NCBI GenBank assembly: GCA_902384935.1
Contig: CABMDO010000009.1
Coordinates: 74,983-138,982 of the forward strand
Source: Candidatus Norongarragalina meridionalis
Lineage (GTDB): Archaea > Micrarchaeota > Micrarchaeia > Norongarragalinales > Norongarragalinaceae
Length of the DNA: 64,000 nt
Direction: 5' to 3'
Shown here: positions 8,271 through 18,190 of the stretch, one piece after another
How the letters are laid out: every line of letters begins with the position of its first letter
Position numbering within the stretch: position 1 is the first letter of the stretch
Position numbers and translations under genes: made by a program
Notes under the pieces: model-generated
Seen by the model: the letters and a program-made list of their open reading frames with translations, nothing else
Told to the model about the DNA's origin: nothing
Database searches by the model: none

Positions 8271-9900
8271 GAACACATCATTATGGTGTAATATAAAAAG
8301 TTTGATGGGCGCGCCTTCCAGTGCTGGGTTGCGGTATAACGCAGGAAAGGAGGCGGCGCTTCTGGGAGATAATAAGTTCATACTTGTAAGAACCAAAATA
8401 GCCGAATAGGCAGGAAAACGGGCGAAAAACGGGAATACTGCCTCGTTCAGAAGGCTCCGGATGCCAAGGAATCGTACTTTTTTGAAAGAATAGGCAGGTT
8501 CTAGGTATTTTCGCAGGAAATAGGCATGTTTTTTGCAGGGCGTTCTGGAAAGCCCTGCTGAAACCGAGCGGAAAAGCACACTTCCGTTATTCATATCATA
8601 ATGGTGTGCGGTAACTAAAAATATGGCAAAAAAGCATGGTTGAAAGCGGTGCCGCTAAACGCGCACTCATAAAAAACGCGCTAAATAGCATTACGGTGTG
8701 TTGTGTTTTCGCTGAAAACGCCTTCAAAACAGCGCAGCGGTGTCACGCGATGCCGAAAATGCCTCTAAAGCGATACTTTCGGCACAAAGCAGGGCTTACC
8801 CCGGCTCAAGTGGCGCATTTTAGTGGCTGAATAACGCTACAATGTAACATAGGCATGTTGAGGCACTTGAGGACACCCCATTACGTTACACCATAAGGGA
8901 ATTTTGAAAAAGAGGTTTTATCATAATGGTATTTTTGGTTTGGAGTGATTTCGCAGCGTAAAAAAGGGGCGGTTTTCTCGAGGGTAATGGCCGCCTTGGA
9001 TCGACGTCGTTTCTTACGGGAATAACGGTGGCGCCAGGGCCTGCTTTTTCTGCTTTTTTCTGCTCAGCCGGCAGTTCATACCTGTAAGAACTTATAGCCG
9101 CCTTTGGCGCAAATCCTTCCAGTACGCAGGAAGCCGACGGTCGTTTTTGGCTATCAGGAAGCGCACGGCATCATCCACGCTCACGAAACGCTTCATTTTC
9201 ATCTGGAGCTCCCCAGCCAGGAGCGCCAAACGCTCGTACGTATCCTTTTTCACTCTTATAACGTTCGTCATGCGATTTACCTCGGTAACTTTGTTACTTT
9301 AGTATTCCAAAAATACTATGTTACACGCTATTTTTAACCTTTTCGGCTGGTGGGAATAGCGGAAGCGGGCTGGGTTCCTGCTCGGTGGTTGAAAACCTGG
9401 CTACAGCCGACGGAGCTGGCTGTAGAGGGGGCTAAAAATTGCTAAAAATCCTGCAGGAAACCCAGAAAGCTGCCTATTCCGGCCAAAAACAAGGAAACCG
9501 CACGCATAGGGAAGGGATGCCGGAAAGTACGCGGAGGATCGCCTGCGAGACAAAAACCACTCCGTGCCTAAAAAACCGCACTTTTTCTCAAAAAATGCCT
9601 ATTCTGAGCCAAAAACATTGCATTTTCGTGAAAAACATGGCAGAACAGGACACCCAGACGAAAACCTGCCTATAACGGCTATGGAAACGCGAGTGAAACC
9701 GCCAAAATCACTGCGGAAACGCCAAAAACTGCCCAATCTCTCGCAAAAAACGCGATTTTCGGCGATTTTCTGCGTTTTATGGAAAAACCGCGTGCTTCCA
9801 GGCTCAGGGCTAGAGTTTCCGCCCGTTCGAGAGAGGCCGCTATAAAAGCGGAAACGAGTTTCAAGCCAAAAAGATGCCCCTTGGCTGAAACCTGCCTAGT
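8270..9900. repeat. repeat-dense, largely non-coding island with iteron-like motifs
   Basis: AATAGGCAG at least 3 times on + (8.40-8.53 kb) and its complement CTGCCTAT/CTGCCTAG 4 times (9.47-9.89 kb). (C)ATAATGGTGT 4 times in both orientations. Periodic (G/C)AAAAAC and GGAAACG motifs in 9.44-9.86 kb. Confidence 0.5.
9093..9272 (-). CDS. small ribbon-helix-helix (CopG/antitoxin-like) DNA-binding protein
   Basis: 59-aa ORF MTNVIRVKKDTYERLALLAGELQMKMKRFVSVDDAVRFLIAKN. An AT-rich upstream region carries palindromes GTAACTTTGTTAC and TAGTATT..AATACTA. Confidence 0.45.
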
Positions 9901-10383
9901 CCTTGCGTCAAAAGCCTGTTTTGTCTCGGTAAAATCGTAATCGAGAAGTGGTATCAAACGCAGCGCCATAGAGGTAACGAAGGCGATTTGAGAGGGCACG
10001 CGAGCTGCGCGCATGGAGTGTGCGATGTCGGACGGCATCGTCGTAAGAAGAACGATCTTGGAGGCGTATAAAAGCGCGAGCAGCCGCAAAACGATTATGC
10101 AGCCGTTGGCAAAACCTGCCCACATGCCGTACGGCCAGAACAAAACCTGGAGCGTTACGAGAAAAACCGCGAGCAGGAAAAACCATTTTCCGGGACGCAG
10201 CGCCCTCGTAAGAGGCTCGTAAGAGGCTGAAAATGCGAGTATCTCCGCCAGAATCACAAGCGCAAGCACAAACAGGTTGGTCGTGGCGAAGGCAGCCAGG
10301 GAAACGAGCAGCGCGGCGGCAAGTTTCGCCAGCGCGTTCACCCCGTGCATCGGGCTTTTCCTTTGGGAATACCTGAAAATCAA
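9679..10383 (-). CDS. ecfT: ECF transporter transmembrane T component (CbiQ family)
   Basis: 234-aa polytopic membrane protein with the EcfT/CbiQ profile. Sits in an operon with two ABC ATPases. Confidence 0.7.
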   Translation of the reverse strand: MIFRYSQRKSPMHGVNALAKLAAALLVSLAAFATTNLFVLALVILAEILAFSASYEPLTRALRPGKWFFLLAVFLVTLQVLFWPYGMWAGFANGCIIVLRLLALLYASKIVLLTTMPSDIAHSMRAARVPSQIAFVTSMALRLIPLLDYDFTETKQAFDARTRQVSAKGHLFGLKLVSAFIAASLERAETLALSLEARGFSIKRRKSPKIAFFARDWAVFGVSAVILAVSLAFP

Positions 10384-10973
10384 GTCCGTTCACTTTTTCG
10401 CGCTATACCGCAACCGCCGATTATTTTACCTCTATGGAGCCGCATGTTTTTTGCCGCAAAAGAAACCGGGTTGTGCGTCAGGAGGATAACCGAGGGAACG
10501 CGGCGCAACGCCTTTGCAATCGCCTGCCTGCCGAACAAGTCCTGGGAAGCGAACGGTTCGTCGGCTATCAAAAGCGCCGGCTCGGAAGCAAGCGCGCAGC
10601 AGAACGCCAGCCTTTTGCGTTCGCCGTAGGACAACGTTGCACAATCGCGCCGCGGGTCCAGAAGCATGCTTTCAAGCGCCCGCTTCGCCGCGGCGGTTGA
10701 AACGGCGCCCAACCCCACCTCCTCGCGGACTGTTTCCTCGAAAAGCTGATGATTGGGGTTCTGGAAGACGTAGGTGGTGCTGCTCGGAACGCGGACTGCT
10801 CCCGCGGTGGGTTTGAGGATGCCCGCCATTATTTTGCCAAGCGTGGTTTTGCCGCAGCCGTTGTCTCCGTAGACGGCGGCTATGCCTCTGCCCAGCCTGA
10901 ATGAAGCACCAGACAGCACCTCGCGATCGTCGTAGGAGAAGCGCACATCGTCAATGGAAATCTCATAATTCAT
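10380..10973 (-). CDS. ecfA: ECF transporter ATPase component
   Basis: Walker A GDNGCGKTT, ABC signature LSYGERKRL, Walker B LLIADEP. Confidence 0.8.
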   Translation of the reverse strand: MNYEISIDDVRFSYDDREVLSGASFRLGRGIAAVYGDNGCGKTTLGKIMAGILKPTAGAVRVPSSTTYVFQNPNHQLFEETVREEVGLGAVSTAAAKRALESMLLDPRRDCATLSYGERKRLAFCCALASEPALLIADEPFASQDLFGRQAIAKALRRVPSVILLTHNPVSFAAKNMRLHRGKIIGGCGIARKSERT

Positions 10974-11676
10974 TAGGGGAAATCACGCCCAAGGAATGAA
11001 GCATGCTATGGTTGCTGAGGATGCGCTTTCCTTCCGTCGCAATTCTCCCGTTTTTCAGAAAGACGACGTCGTCAGCCAACTCCTCCAGCAACTTCGTATT
11101 CTGCTCCGCGCAGACAACGGTTTTCCCGCGCTTTTTCAGCCGCGCCAAAGCCCCATACAAGTCCCTTACGCCTCTTGAATCCAGGAAAGCCGAGGGTTCG
11201 TCGAGGATGAGAATCGGAGGCTCGGCTGCAAGAATCGAGGAAAGAAGCAGGCGCTGTATTTCCCCGCCCGACAGTTCGTTGGTTAGGCGGTCGCGAAGAG
11301 GAAGCACGCCCATCATTCTCATGGCGCGAACGGCGTTGCGCTTGGGCATTCCCAGATTGTCGGTGACGAACGCCGCCTCCTCTTCGGCGGTTACGGAAAC
11401 TATCTGCGCTTCCGCATCCTGAAAAAGAACGCCGACGGAACGGGCGAGTTCGTTCAGCGGCGGCAGGGGCTTGCCGTCAAGCAGAACCGCGCCGCCAACC
11501 TGCGCATCGATCGCTTGCGGGATTACTCCCGACAACGCAAGAGCCAGCGTGCTTTTGCCGGAACCGTTGGCGCCGCATAAGCCGAGAAACGAGCCGGAAG
11601 GGATACGCAGAGTAATGCCGCGCAGGGCGCGCCTGCCGTCGGCGTAGGTTACCGAAAGTCCTTCGCATTCGAGCAT
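10963..11676 (-). CDS. ecfA: ECF transporter ATPase component
   Basis: Walker A GANGSGKST, signature LSGGEIQRL, Walker B ILILDEPSAFLD. Confidence 0.8.
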   Translation of the reverse strand: MLECEGLSVTYADGRRALRGITLRIPSGSFLGLCGANGSGKSTLALALSGVIPQAIDAQVGGAVLLDGKPLPPLNELARSVGVLFQDAEAQIVSVTAEEEAAFVTDNLGMPKRNAVRAMRMMGVLPLRDRLTNELSGGEIQRLLLSSILAAEPPILILDEPSAFLDSRGVRDLYGALARLKKRGKTVVCAEQNTKLLEELADDVVFLKNGRIATEGKRILSNHSMLHSLGVISPNEL

Positions 11677-12204
11677 TTACTTCTCCCTGAAGCGCTTGAG
11701 CCGCGAAAACAGGAGCCACGCCGCGCCGATTTCGACGACTCCGAGCACCGCGTTCAGCAGGATTATCTGCGGCACGAGCGGCGTTATCATCGACGCGGGC
11801 CAGCCCGTGAACAGCGGAATCACGTAAAGGTTCAGGCTCGCCATCGCGACGGAACGGAAAATAATCGCGGGAATGGAAATAGCGGAAACAAAGGCGACGT
11901 CGTCCGGTTTTTTACGAAGCAGGGTGAGCCCCGCGAATACGATCAGCAGCATCGGGTACGTCGCCGCGAATTTCATGAACCCTCCGAGCCATCCCGAAGA
12001 GGAGAAGAACGCGAGGAGCAGCGAAGAGGATACGGAAACGAGCGTGGCGCACCGCAAGCCGTAAAGGAACAGCGCGAGCACCCAGAGCGCTCCCATGAAA
12101 TCCAGCTGCATTCCCCACGGAACCCGGAAGAAGGGCAGGAAGTTCGCGAGGAACGAAAGCGCCGTCAGCACCGCGGAGACAGCGAGGAGTTTTGATTCGC
12201 GCAT
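11677..12204 (-). CDS. ECF transporter substrate-specific S component (possibly riboflavin, RibU-like)
   Basis: 175-aa, ~6-TM small membrane protein at the head of the ecfAA'T operon and next to the riboflavin regulator RbkR. Confidence 0.5.
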   Translation of the reverse strand: MRESKLLAVSAVLTALSFLANFLPFFRVPWGMQLDFMGALWVLALFLYGLRCATLVSVSSSLLLAFFSSSGWLGGFMKFAATYPMLLIVFAGLTLLRKKPDDVAFVSAISIPAIIFRSVAMASLNLYVIPLFTGWPASMITPLVPQIILLNAVLGVVEIGAAWLLFSRLKRFREK

Positions 12205-12256
12205 AGCGAAGAAAATGGGCGCAACTGTTTAAAAGGGGATTTCCGCTGCCGCAGGG

Positions 12257-12868
12257 CTACTTATTTTCGAGTAACTGTACGGAAACGTCGCTTCCGTTCC
12301 TGAGGCGGAGCGAGCGGCGGAGGCGAACTGGAGCGATAATCTCGAGCACGTTGTTGCCGTAGTGCGTCCGTTCGGGAAGAACGATTGCGCCGCGGGACTT
12401 GCCTCCCACCAGGCACGGCAGGAGCGCGACGCCGCCGCACTGCACTCCGCGCGTTTCGAACGGAGGAATGCGTATCCCGCCCGAAAGCGAGTGCGGAACC
12501 TCGAGCTTGATGTTGAGCGTGCCCAGATACGGCTCGTATCCGAGCAAAGAGCGTATGCGCGGCGCGTAAAGCGGCATGAACCGCGCGCCGTCGCGGAATC
12601 CCGAGAAAACGACGCCGCGGAACTCCCTGCGCGACGACGGCTTCACCGCGTAGCGCGTAAGGGTCCGCAATCCGGAAGCGGTGATGGACAGTCCCTGGCG
12701 CCCGCGCTTCAGCTGCCCGTCCTTCTCGAGCTCGCGCACCCAGCGGGACACTGTTTGTTGCGACGCGCGCACGCGCTCCGCTATCGCGGTTGTGCTCGCG
12801 CGGACAGGCGCGGCTGCCGCGCCGTTCTCCGCGAGAAATAGAAGCACGTCGAGCGGCGAGGGCTTCAC
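12257..12868 (-). CDS. RbkR: winged-helix regulator fused to archaeal CTP-dependent riboflavin kinase
   Basis: HTH part (AERVRASQQTVSRWVRELEKDGQLKR) then MJ0056-type riboflavin kinase (GTLNIKLE, GIRIPPFETRG, PERTHYGNNVLEIIAP). Probable GTG start at 12868. The remaining 5' part of the listed 420-aa ORF is an Arg-rich run-on. Confidence 0.7.
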   Translation of the reverse strand: MKPSPLDVLLFLAENGAAAAPVRASTTAIAERVRASQQTVSRWVRELEKDGQLKRGRQGLSITASGLRTLTRYAVKPSSRREFRGVVFSGFRDGARFMPLYAPRIRSLLGYEPYLGTLNIKLEVPHSLSGGIRIPPFETRGVQCGGVALLPCLVGGKSRGAIVLPERTHYGNNVLEIIAPVRLRRSLRLRNGSDVSVQLLENK

Positions 12869-12895
12869 GAGGGAATTAGGAATAGGGTTAATAAG

Positions 12896-13288
12896 TTGTT
12901 TCGCCGCCGTATTCTCATGGACGCTTTTGCCGAAAAAATGAGCAAAATAGCATCGGTGCCGACCTACAACGCGATATTCGTGAGGGAACTCGCGAGAACC
13001 ATGCCCGCGGATCTGCGCGGGCCCGCGGAGAAATATTTCCAAAAGATGATTGCCAACACGAACAGCTATCTGCGGGTCGAACACATAACCGGCGCGCTTA
13101 GGAAAAACATCACATCGGAGCCGAATTACCTGAAGCGCAGGGCGCACTCCATGATGCTCGAACATATCGAAGGCATGCCAGGCTTCCAAAGGAATGTCGA
13201 ACTCGTTGTCAGGGGCAGCGTCGCGCGCGTTCGCGCGGGGTCGGAAAAGCCGGTGCGCAGGGTCCTGGGGCTCCGCGGAAGGGCATAA
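12896..13288 (+). CDS. hypothetical protein
   Basis: 130-aa ORF with balanced, protein-like composition. Probable start MDAFAEK at 12917. No recognised domain. Confidence 0.35.
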   Translation: MFRRRILMDAFAEKMSKIASVPTYNAIFVRELARTMPADLRGPAEKYFQKMIANTNSYLRVEHITGALRKNITSEPNYLKRRAHSMMLEHIEGMPGFQRNVELVVRGSVARVRAGSEKPVRRVLGLRGRA

Positions 13289-13303
13289 TCTTATTTTCCC
13301 GCT

Positions 13304-15979
13304 TTGCGTATTCTTCGCATGCCGCAGCTGCGCCCGGAAATAGCGCGCCTCGCGAAGGCGAAGGGCATTTCCGAGGAAACGGAGATTCAGAAGAAGGCGA
13401 TTCCGCTCATACTGGAGGGCAGGGACGTGCTCTGCGTCGCGCCGACTGGTTTCGGCAAGACGGAAGCCGCGGTGCTGCCCATTCTTTCGAAACTTCTTGA
13501 CGAACACGATGCCGGACACAAGGAGGGCATCCAGGCGCTTTACATCACGCCGCTGAAGGCGCTCAACCGCGACATGATAGAGCGGCTAACGTTCTTCTGC
13601 CACATGCTGGGCGTGCGCATCGCGGTGAGGCACGGCGACACGCCCTCTTCCGAACGCGCGAAGCAACGGGACAATCCGCCGCAGTTCCTCGTCACGACGC
13701 CCGAGACGCTGCAATCGTTGCTAGTGGCGCCGAAGCTTTGCGAGTCGCTCGTCAACGTCCGTTTCGTCGTTGTCGATGAAGTGCATGAGCTCGTGGAAAG
13801 CGAGCGCGGTTTGCAGCTCTCAATCGGGATGGAGAGATTGCGCGTCAAGGCGCCTTCGTTGCAGGTCATCGGATTAAGCGCTACGGTCGGGAGCAAGGAG
13901 GAAGTCGCGCGCTTTTTGTCGCCGAAATGCGTCGTCGTCGAAAGCGGGCTCGGGCGCGAACTGCACGTAACAGTTGAGAGCCCAGTGAAAGCGAAGGGTT
14001 TCGAGGAACTCGCGTTGAGTGTCGAGAGCAGGGCGCGACTTGAACGCGTCAAGGAACTGATAGAGACGCACCGCAGGACGCTGGTTTTCGTCAACACGCG
14101 GTACCACGCGGAATCGCTCGGCTCGCTGCTCGTGGACGCGCTCGCTGAAGGCGAAGCAGCGGTTCACCATTCGTCGCTCTCGAAGGAAGCGCGCGTCGAG
14201 ACGGAGAAGGAATTCAAGGATTCCGCGGGAAAGATACGCGGCGTGGTGTGCACGAGTTCGCTCGAATTGGGAATCGACATCGGCGAAATCGATTTGGTGG
14301 TGCAGTTCGTTTCGCCGCGGCAGGCTACCCGGCTGCTGCAGCGCGTCGGGCGCAGCGGGCATCGGAAGCACCTGATACCGAAGGGCATCGTAATCGCGGG
14401 TGACGCGCTCGACTGCATCGAAGCGGGCGTCGTCGCGCGCCGAGCGAAGAAGGGATTGCTCGAACGCGAGGGAATACGCAGGAACGCGCTCGACGTCGTC
14501 GGGCACCAAATCGCGGGCTTATGCCTCGATTTCGGGAAGATGCAGGCGGCGAAGGCATACGAAATAATCACGAAGGCGATGCCGTTCAGCTCGCTCGACT
14601 ACGATGCGTTTCTGGACGTGGTGCGCAGGACTTCGGAAGCAGGCATCATTCTTTTCGACGGACACGAGATTGCTGCTTCTCGGCGCACGCGGCTTTACTA
14701 CTACGAAAACGTTTCCACAATCCGCGACAAGAAACGGTACTTCGTCAAGGACGCGAACACGCGCAAGAACGTCGGCGTGCTCGACGAGGAATTCGTGAGC
14801 GAGTATCTTCGCGAGGGCGTCTCCTTCATCGCGCGCGGCAGGGCGTGGCGGGTTATGGCGGTAGGCGAGAAAGAGCTGGTGGTTGAGCCCACCCGCGATA
14901 TAGCGGCGGCGATTCCCGAATGGGCGGGCGAGGAAATACCCGTCGCTCCGGAGGTCGCGCAGGACGTTTCGAAGGTTTTCTCAGGCGCGGAGTTGCCGGA
15001 TTTGGACGCGGACGCGCGCAAGAAAGTAACGGCGTACGTCGAGGAGCAGAAGAAATTCTTCGTTCCCGCACCGGACGCCATTCACGTCGAAATGCGCGGC
15101 GAACTGTGCGTGATACACTGCTTCGCCGGCAACAAGGCGAACGAGGCGCTCGGGCGGCTGCTGGCAGCGGTTCTTTCGCACGGTGGAGGAAGCGCGCGCG
15201 TGAAGGCAAGCGCCTACGGCGTCGAGTTGGAGTTCGGGAAGCGCCCGGAACCGTCCCGTATAAAGGCGGCGCTCGATGATCTGAAGACGAAGGACCTTGC
15301 GAAGATTCTGGAAAAAATCATTCCGAACACGCAGCTTTTCCGTTTCAAGTTCGGCGGGGTTGCGAAGGCGTTCGGCATAATCTCGAAAAAGGCGGAGTGG
15401 AGGGATTTCTCGTTAAAGCGGCTGGCTGAAACAGAAAAGGGTTCCCCTGTTTGGAGGGAAGCGCTCGAAGAAGTGCTGTGGGACAACGCATCCGCATCCG
15501 ACGCGCAGGAAGTTTTGCGTAAATCGTCAATCGTGCTGCTCAACGAAAGGGATGCCTGGTCCCCTCTTGCTAAGGAGTTCTTCGAGCTGGGTTCGTTCGG
15601 GGATTTGATTACGCCCGCGGACGCGGCGGGCTCGAAGGTTCTGGAAGGGTTCAAGGAAACGCTGATGGCGAAACGCGCGCATCTGGAATGCGGGTTCTGC
15701 AAGCGCACGTTCTGGCGCTCGCTGAAGGACGCCGAGGAGAAAATAGTGTGCCCGTACTGCGGCTCCAACCAGGTGATGATTGAGGGGCAAAAGAAGACGA
15801 TGGCAGTAGTCGCTCACTACGGACGCCGCGGGTTGCTCGCGCTGAGCACGTTCGGCGTCGGGCCGGATACGGCGGCGCGCGTGCTTCGGAAGCAGCACGA
15901 GAGCGAGGAGGCGTTGCTGCTCGATCTTCTCGAAGCGCAGCGGAACTTCATCAGGACAAGGCAATACTGGCGGATTTAA
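13304..15979 (+). CDS. lhr: Lhr-family DEAD/DEAH-box ATP-dependent helicase with C-terminal zinc ribbon
   Basis: Walker A APTGFGKTE and DEAH box VVVDEVHEL, helicase C motifs, then a long Lhr-type C-terminal extension ending in CGFCKRTF...CPYCGS. Confidence 0.8.
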   Translation: MRILRMPQLRPEIARLAKAKGISEETEIQKKAIPLILEGRDVLCVAPTGFGKTEAAVLPILSKLLDEHDAGHKEGIQALYITPLKALNRDMIERLTFFCHMLGVRIAVRHGDTPSSERAKQRDNPPQFLVTTPETLQSLLVAPKLCESLVNVRFVVVDEVHELVESERGLQLSIGMERLRVKAPSLQVIGLSATVGSKEEVARFLSPKCVVVESGLGRELHVTVESPVKAKGFEELALSVESRARLERVKELIETHRRTLVFVNTRYHAESLGSLLVDALAEGEAAVHHSSLSKEARVETEKEFKDSAGKIRGVVCTSSLELGIDIGEIDLVVQFVSPRQATRLLQRVGRSGHRKHLIPKGIVIAGDALDCIEAGVVARRAKKGLLEREGIRRNALDVVGHQIAGLCLDFGKMQAAKAYEIITKAMPFSSLDYDAFLDVVRRTSEAGIILFDGHEIAASRRTRLYYYENVSTIRDKKRYFVKDANTRKNVGVLDEEFVSEYLREGVSFIARGRAWRVMAVGEKELVVEPTRDIAAAIPEWAGEEIPVAPEVAQDVSKVFSGAELPDLDADARKKVTAYVEEQKKFFVPAPDAIHVEMRGELCVIHCFAGNKANEALGRLLAAVLSHGGGSARVKASAYGVELEFGKRPEPSRIKAALDDLKTKDLAKILEKIIPNTQLFRFKFGGVAKAFGIISKKAEWRDFSLKRLAETEKGSPVWREALEEVLWDNASASDAQEVLRKSSIVLLNERDAWSPLAKEFFELGSFGDLITPADAAGSKVLEGFKETLMAKRAHLECGFCKRTFWRSLKDAEEKIVCPYCGSNQVMIEGQKKTMAVVAHYGRRGLLALSTFGVGPDTAARVLRKQHESEEALLLDLLEAQRNFIRTRQYWRI

Positions 15980-16004
15980 ATTTTCGGACGTTCCTGATTT
16001 TTCC

Positions 16005-17012
16005 ATGGAAGCGAGGCGGCCGTTCGGCAAAATGGAAAAAATGCTGAACAGCCCCCAGAACGCGGTAACGAATAGGGTTGCCGAGCTCATTCTTCAAAAA
16101 AGGGGCAAACCGCTTACTGAAAACCAGTCCGCGGCGCTGAAGAAAGCAATAGCCGGGATTTTCTCCGGAGCCGCGGTGCAGGCCGAGGAATTCCACAGGA
16201 AAAGCCCCGACGATTACGCCACGTTCAACCGGCACAGGAAATTCGTAATCGAGGGGGTGCGCGGCTACCTGCGCAAGAACAGCATCGCCAGTTTAGACCG
16301 CGTGCCCGCCAAGTGGGAGCTGCCGTATGCATCGCCATGGAAGCAGCCGAAGAAAAGCGGTGACGCCGCCGTCGATAAAACCGAACCCGAGGAACCCGCC
16401 AAGCACGAACTTGAGACGCTTCCGAAACCGCCCGAACGGGACGAGTCCGTTTTCCTCGAAAAGGTGCAGGAAGCCGCCGCGAAGAGGAACCCGAAACGCG
16501 TCGGAAGAACCGCGGTTACGATGGCTGCGATCGCAGCGACTGCCATCATGGGCGGAACGAAACCGGCAACCGGACACGCGACGTCGGAGAAAATCGCAAT
16601 CGCTGCCGAACTGCCGAACGCACCCGCAGAACTTCCGAAAACCGCCGTGCCTGAAAAACTTTCGATGGAAGCGCTGGCGTTCGAAGCCAAACTTTCGGGG
16701 GCGGAAACCAAAAATCTCGTGAAAACCCAGAATCCGAACATCGCACTGGCGATTTCGAAGTACAACGCCGCAACCGAGGCGCAGGACAGGGGAGACGGGG
16801 AAACCGCCAGGGCGCTCCTGATAGAAGCCCAGATACAGGCGGAAGCTGCGGCGATGGGTAGCGGTGAAGTGGCAATGAGCGAAAAGCAGGACAGGGAGTA
16901 CAGGAAAGCGCTGAACGCCGGCAAAACCGCCGAACGCCTCGGAAGGCATTATGCCATAACCGCGGCGGACCAGATGAAATCCCTGATAGCGAAAAGGCTG
17001 TCGCGGCTATAG
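16005..17012 (+). CDS. hypothetical protein with single TM segment
   Basis: 335 aa, charged with low-complexity stretches and one hydrophobic helix (TAVTMAAIAATAIMGG). No known domain. Confidence 0.4.
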   Translation: MEARRPFGKMEKMLNSPQNAVTNRVAELILQKRGKPLTENQSAALKKAIAGIFSGAAVQAEEFHRKSPDDYATFNRHRKFVIEGVRGYLRKNSIASLDRVPAKWELPYASPWKQPKKSGDAAVDKTEPEEPAKHELETLPKPPERDESVFLEKVQEAAAKRNPKRVGRTAVTMAAIAATAIMGGTKPATGHATSEKIAIAAELPNAPAELPKTAVPEKLSMEALAFEAKLSGAETKNLVKTQNPNIALAISKYNAATEAQDRGDGETARALLIEAQIQAEAAAMGSGEVAMSEKQDREYRKALNAGKTAERLGRHYAITAADQMKSLIAKRLSRL

Positions 17013-17053
17013 CGCCGCCCGCGTTGCGTGGAATTTAATAACCAGAAGTCCCC

Positions 17054-18190
17054 ATGTTTTTCTTGATGAAAGTGAAACCGGGACTTCGGAAGAGTATGGA
17101 AAGGGAGTTCCGCAACGAGGACCGGAAGCTCGAACGGGCTCAAAGCTTCATGGACGAGCCGCTGACGCGCAAAAGGATCGGAGAGCTCTTGGGAAAACCC
17201 CGGGGCGCCATCGGGAACGCCGAACTTTCCCAGAAGGAGCAGGACAGGGTGCTAGACGAAATACTCACCCAAAAGAGAACCGACGCGTTCATGGAAAAGC
17301 TCGGGAGGATTGCGGGGCAGAGCCTGACGACTTCGCGCGCGTTCTACGTCAGAAGGTTCTATTACAACAAAATCAAGCCCGCGGTATACAACGCGCAGAA
17401 GGAACACGGACTCAGCCTCGAAGAAACCGAGAAACTTCTCGATGCCATTGAAAACAGGGCCGCGGAATCGCACGCCAGGCAGTGGAAAGCCGGAAGAATC
17501 CAAAGCATGGGGTGGGCGCTGCGCAACAAATTCCGCAGGAAAACTCCCGAAGAGAAGCGCGACCGCACGTACCAAAAGCTGATGGCGAAAGCGGAAAGGA
17601 AAAACAAGGGTATGATCCGCGACAGCGCTGCCGCCGACATCACCAAGGTTATTCCTAGCCAGAAAAAAGCGCCTGAACCGAAAAAGGGAAAGACGCCGGG
17701 AAGATTCCGGAGATGGGTTACCGCACTTGCCGCAGTGGCGACGCTCGGGCTGGCTTCGCCTTCGGCGCCGGTTGAACAACAGCGCGAAACGCCAAAAACC
17801 GCGATGACGACGCAGGCGAAGCCCGCCGCAGAGAAGGTTCCGGACCGGAATTTGGAAAAGGGAAAAGGCGTTGTGCGCAGGTACGAGGACCTGGACTATC
17901 AGGCGCGACGCACGAACAACCAGACGCTCAGGGACGCGATAAGAGCGTACCAGTACGGCAACTATTCGAACGCGCGGACGCTTGCGCAGCACGTCACCAA
18001 AACCGGGCACATGCAGCTGAGCGATAAGGAAAAAGCGACGCTGAGTTCGGAGGCGGCGACGGGAAGGATACTGGGCGGCGGGGCGCGCGGCTCGAACGCG
18101 GAAATATCCGAAACCGCTTCCGACGAGGACATGGCGGTTGCGGCGATGCTCGTCCAGAAAAGCACGAACGCGATGGCGGAAAAGCGCTAG
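17054..18190 (+). CDS. hypothetical protein with single TM segment
   Basis: 378 aa, highly charged (K/R/E rich) with one hydrophobic helix (WVTALAAVATLGLA). No known domain. Confidence 0.4.
   Translation: MFFLMKVKPGLRKSMEREFRNEDRKLERAQSFMDEPLTRKRIGELLGKPRGAIGNAELSQKEQDRVLDEILTQKRTDAFMEKLGRIAGQSLTTSRAFYVRRFYYNKIKPAVYNAQKEHGLSLEETEKLLDAIENRAAESHARQWKAGRIQSMGWALRNKFRRKTPEEKRDRTYQKLMAKAERKNKGMIRDSAAADITKVIPSQKKAPEPKKGKTPGRFRRWVTALAAVATLGLASPSAPVEQQRETPKTAMTTQAKPAAEKVPDRNLEKGKGVVRRYEDLDYQARRTNNQTLRDAIRAYQYGNYSNARTLAQHVTKTGHMQLSDKEKATLSSEAATGRILGGGARGSNAEISETASDEDMAVAAMLVQKSTNAMAEKR

Noticed and set aside
8270-9900. Possible CRISPR array in the repeat island
   Set aside because: Repeats are short, occur in both orientations with irregular spacing, show no constant repeat-spacer periodicity, and no cas genes are nearby.
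12869-13519. 5' 650 nt of the 420-aa minus ORF containing RbkR
   Set aside because: Arg/Ala-rich run-on with no homology. It overlaps a more protein-like + strand ORF, and the riboflavin-kinase regulator has a plausible GTG start at 12868.
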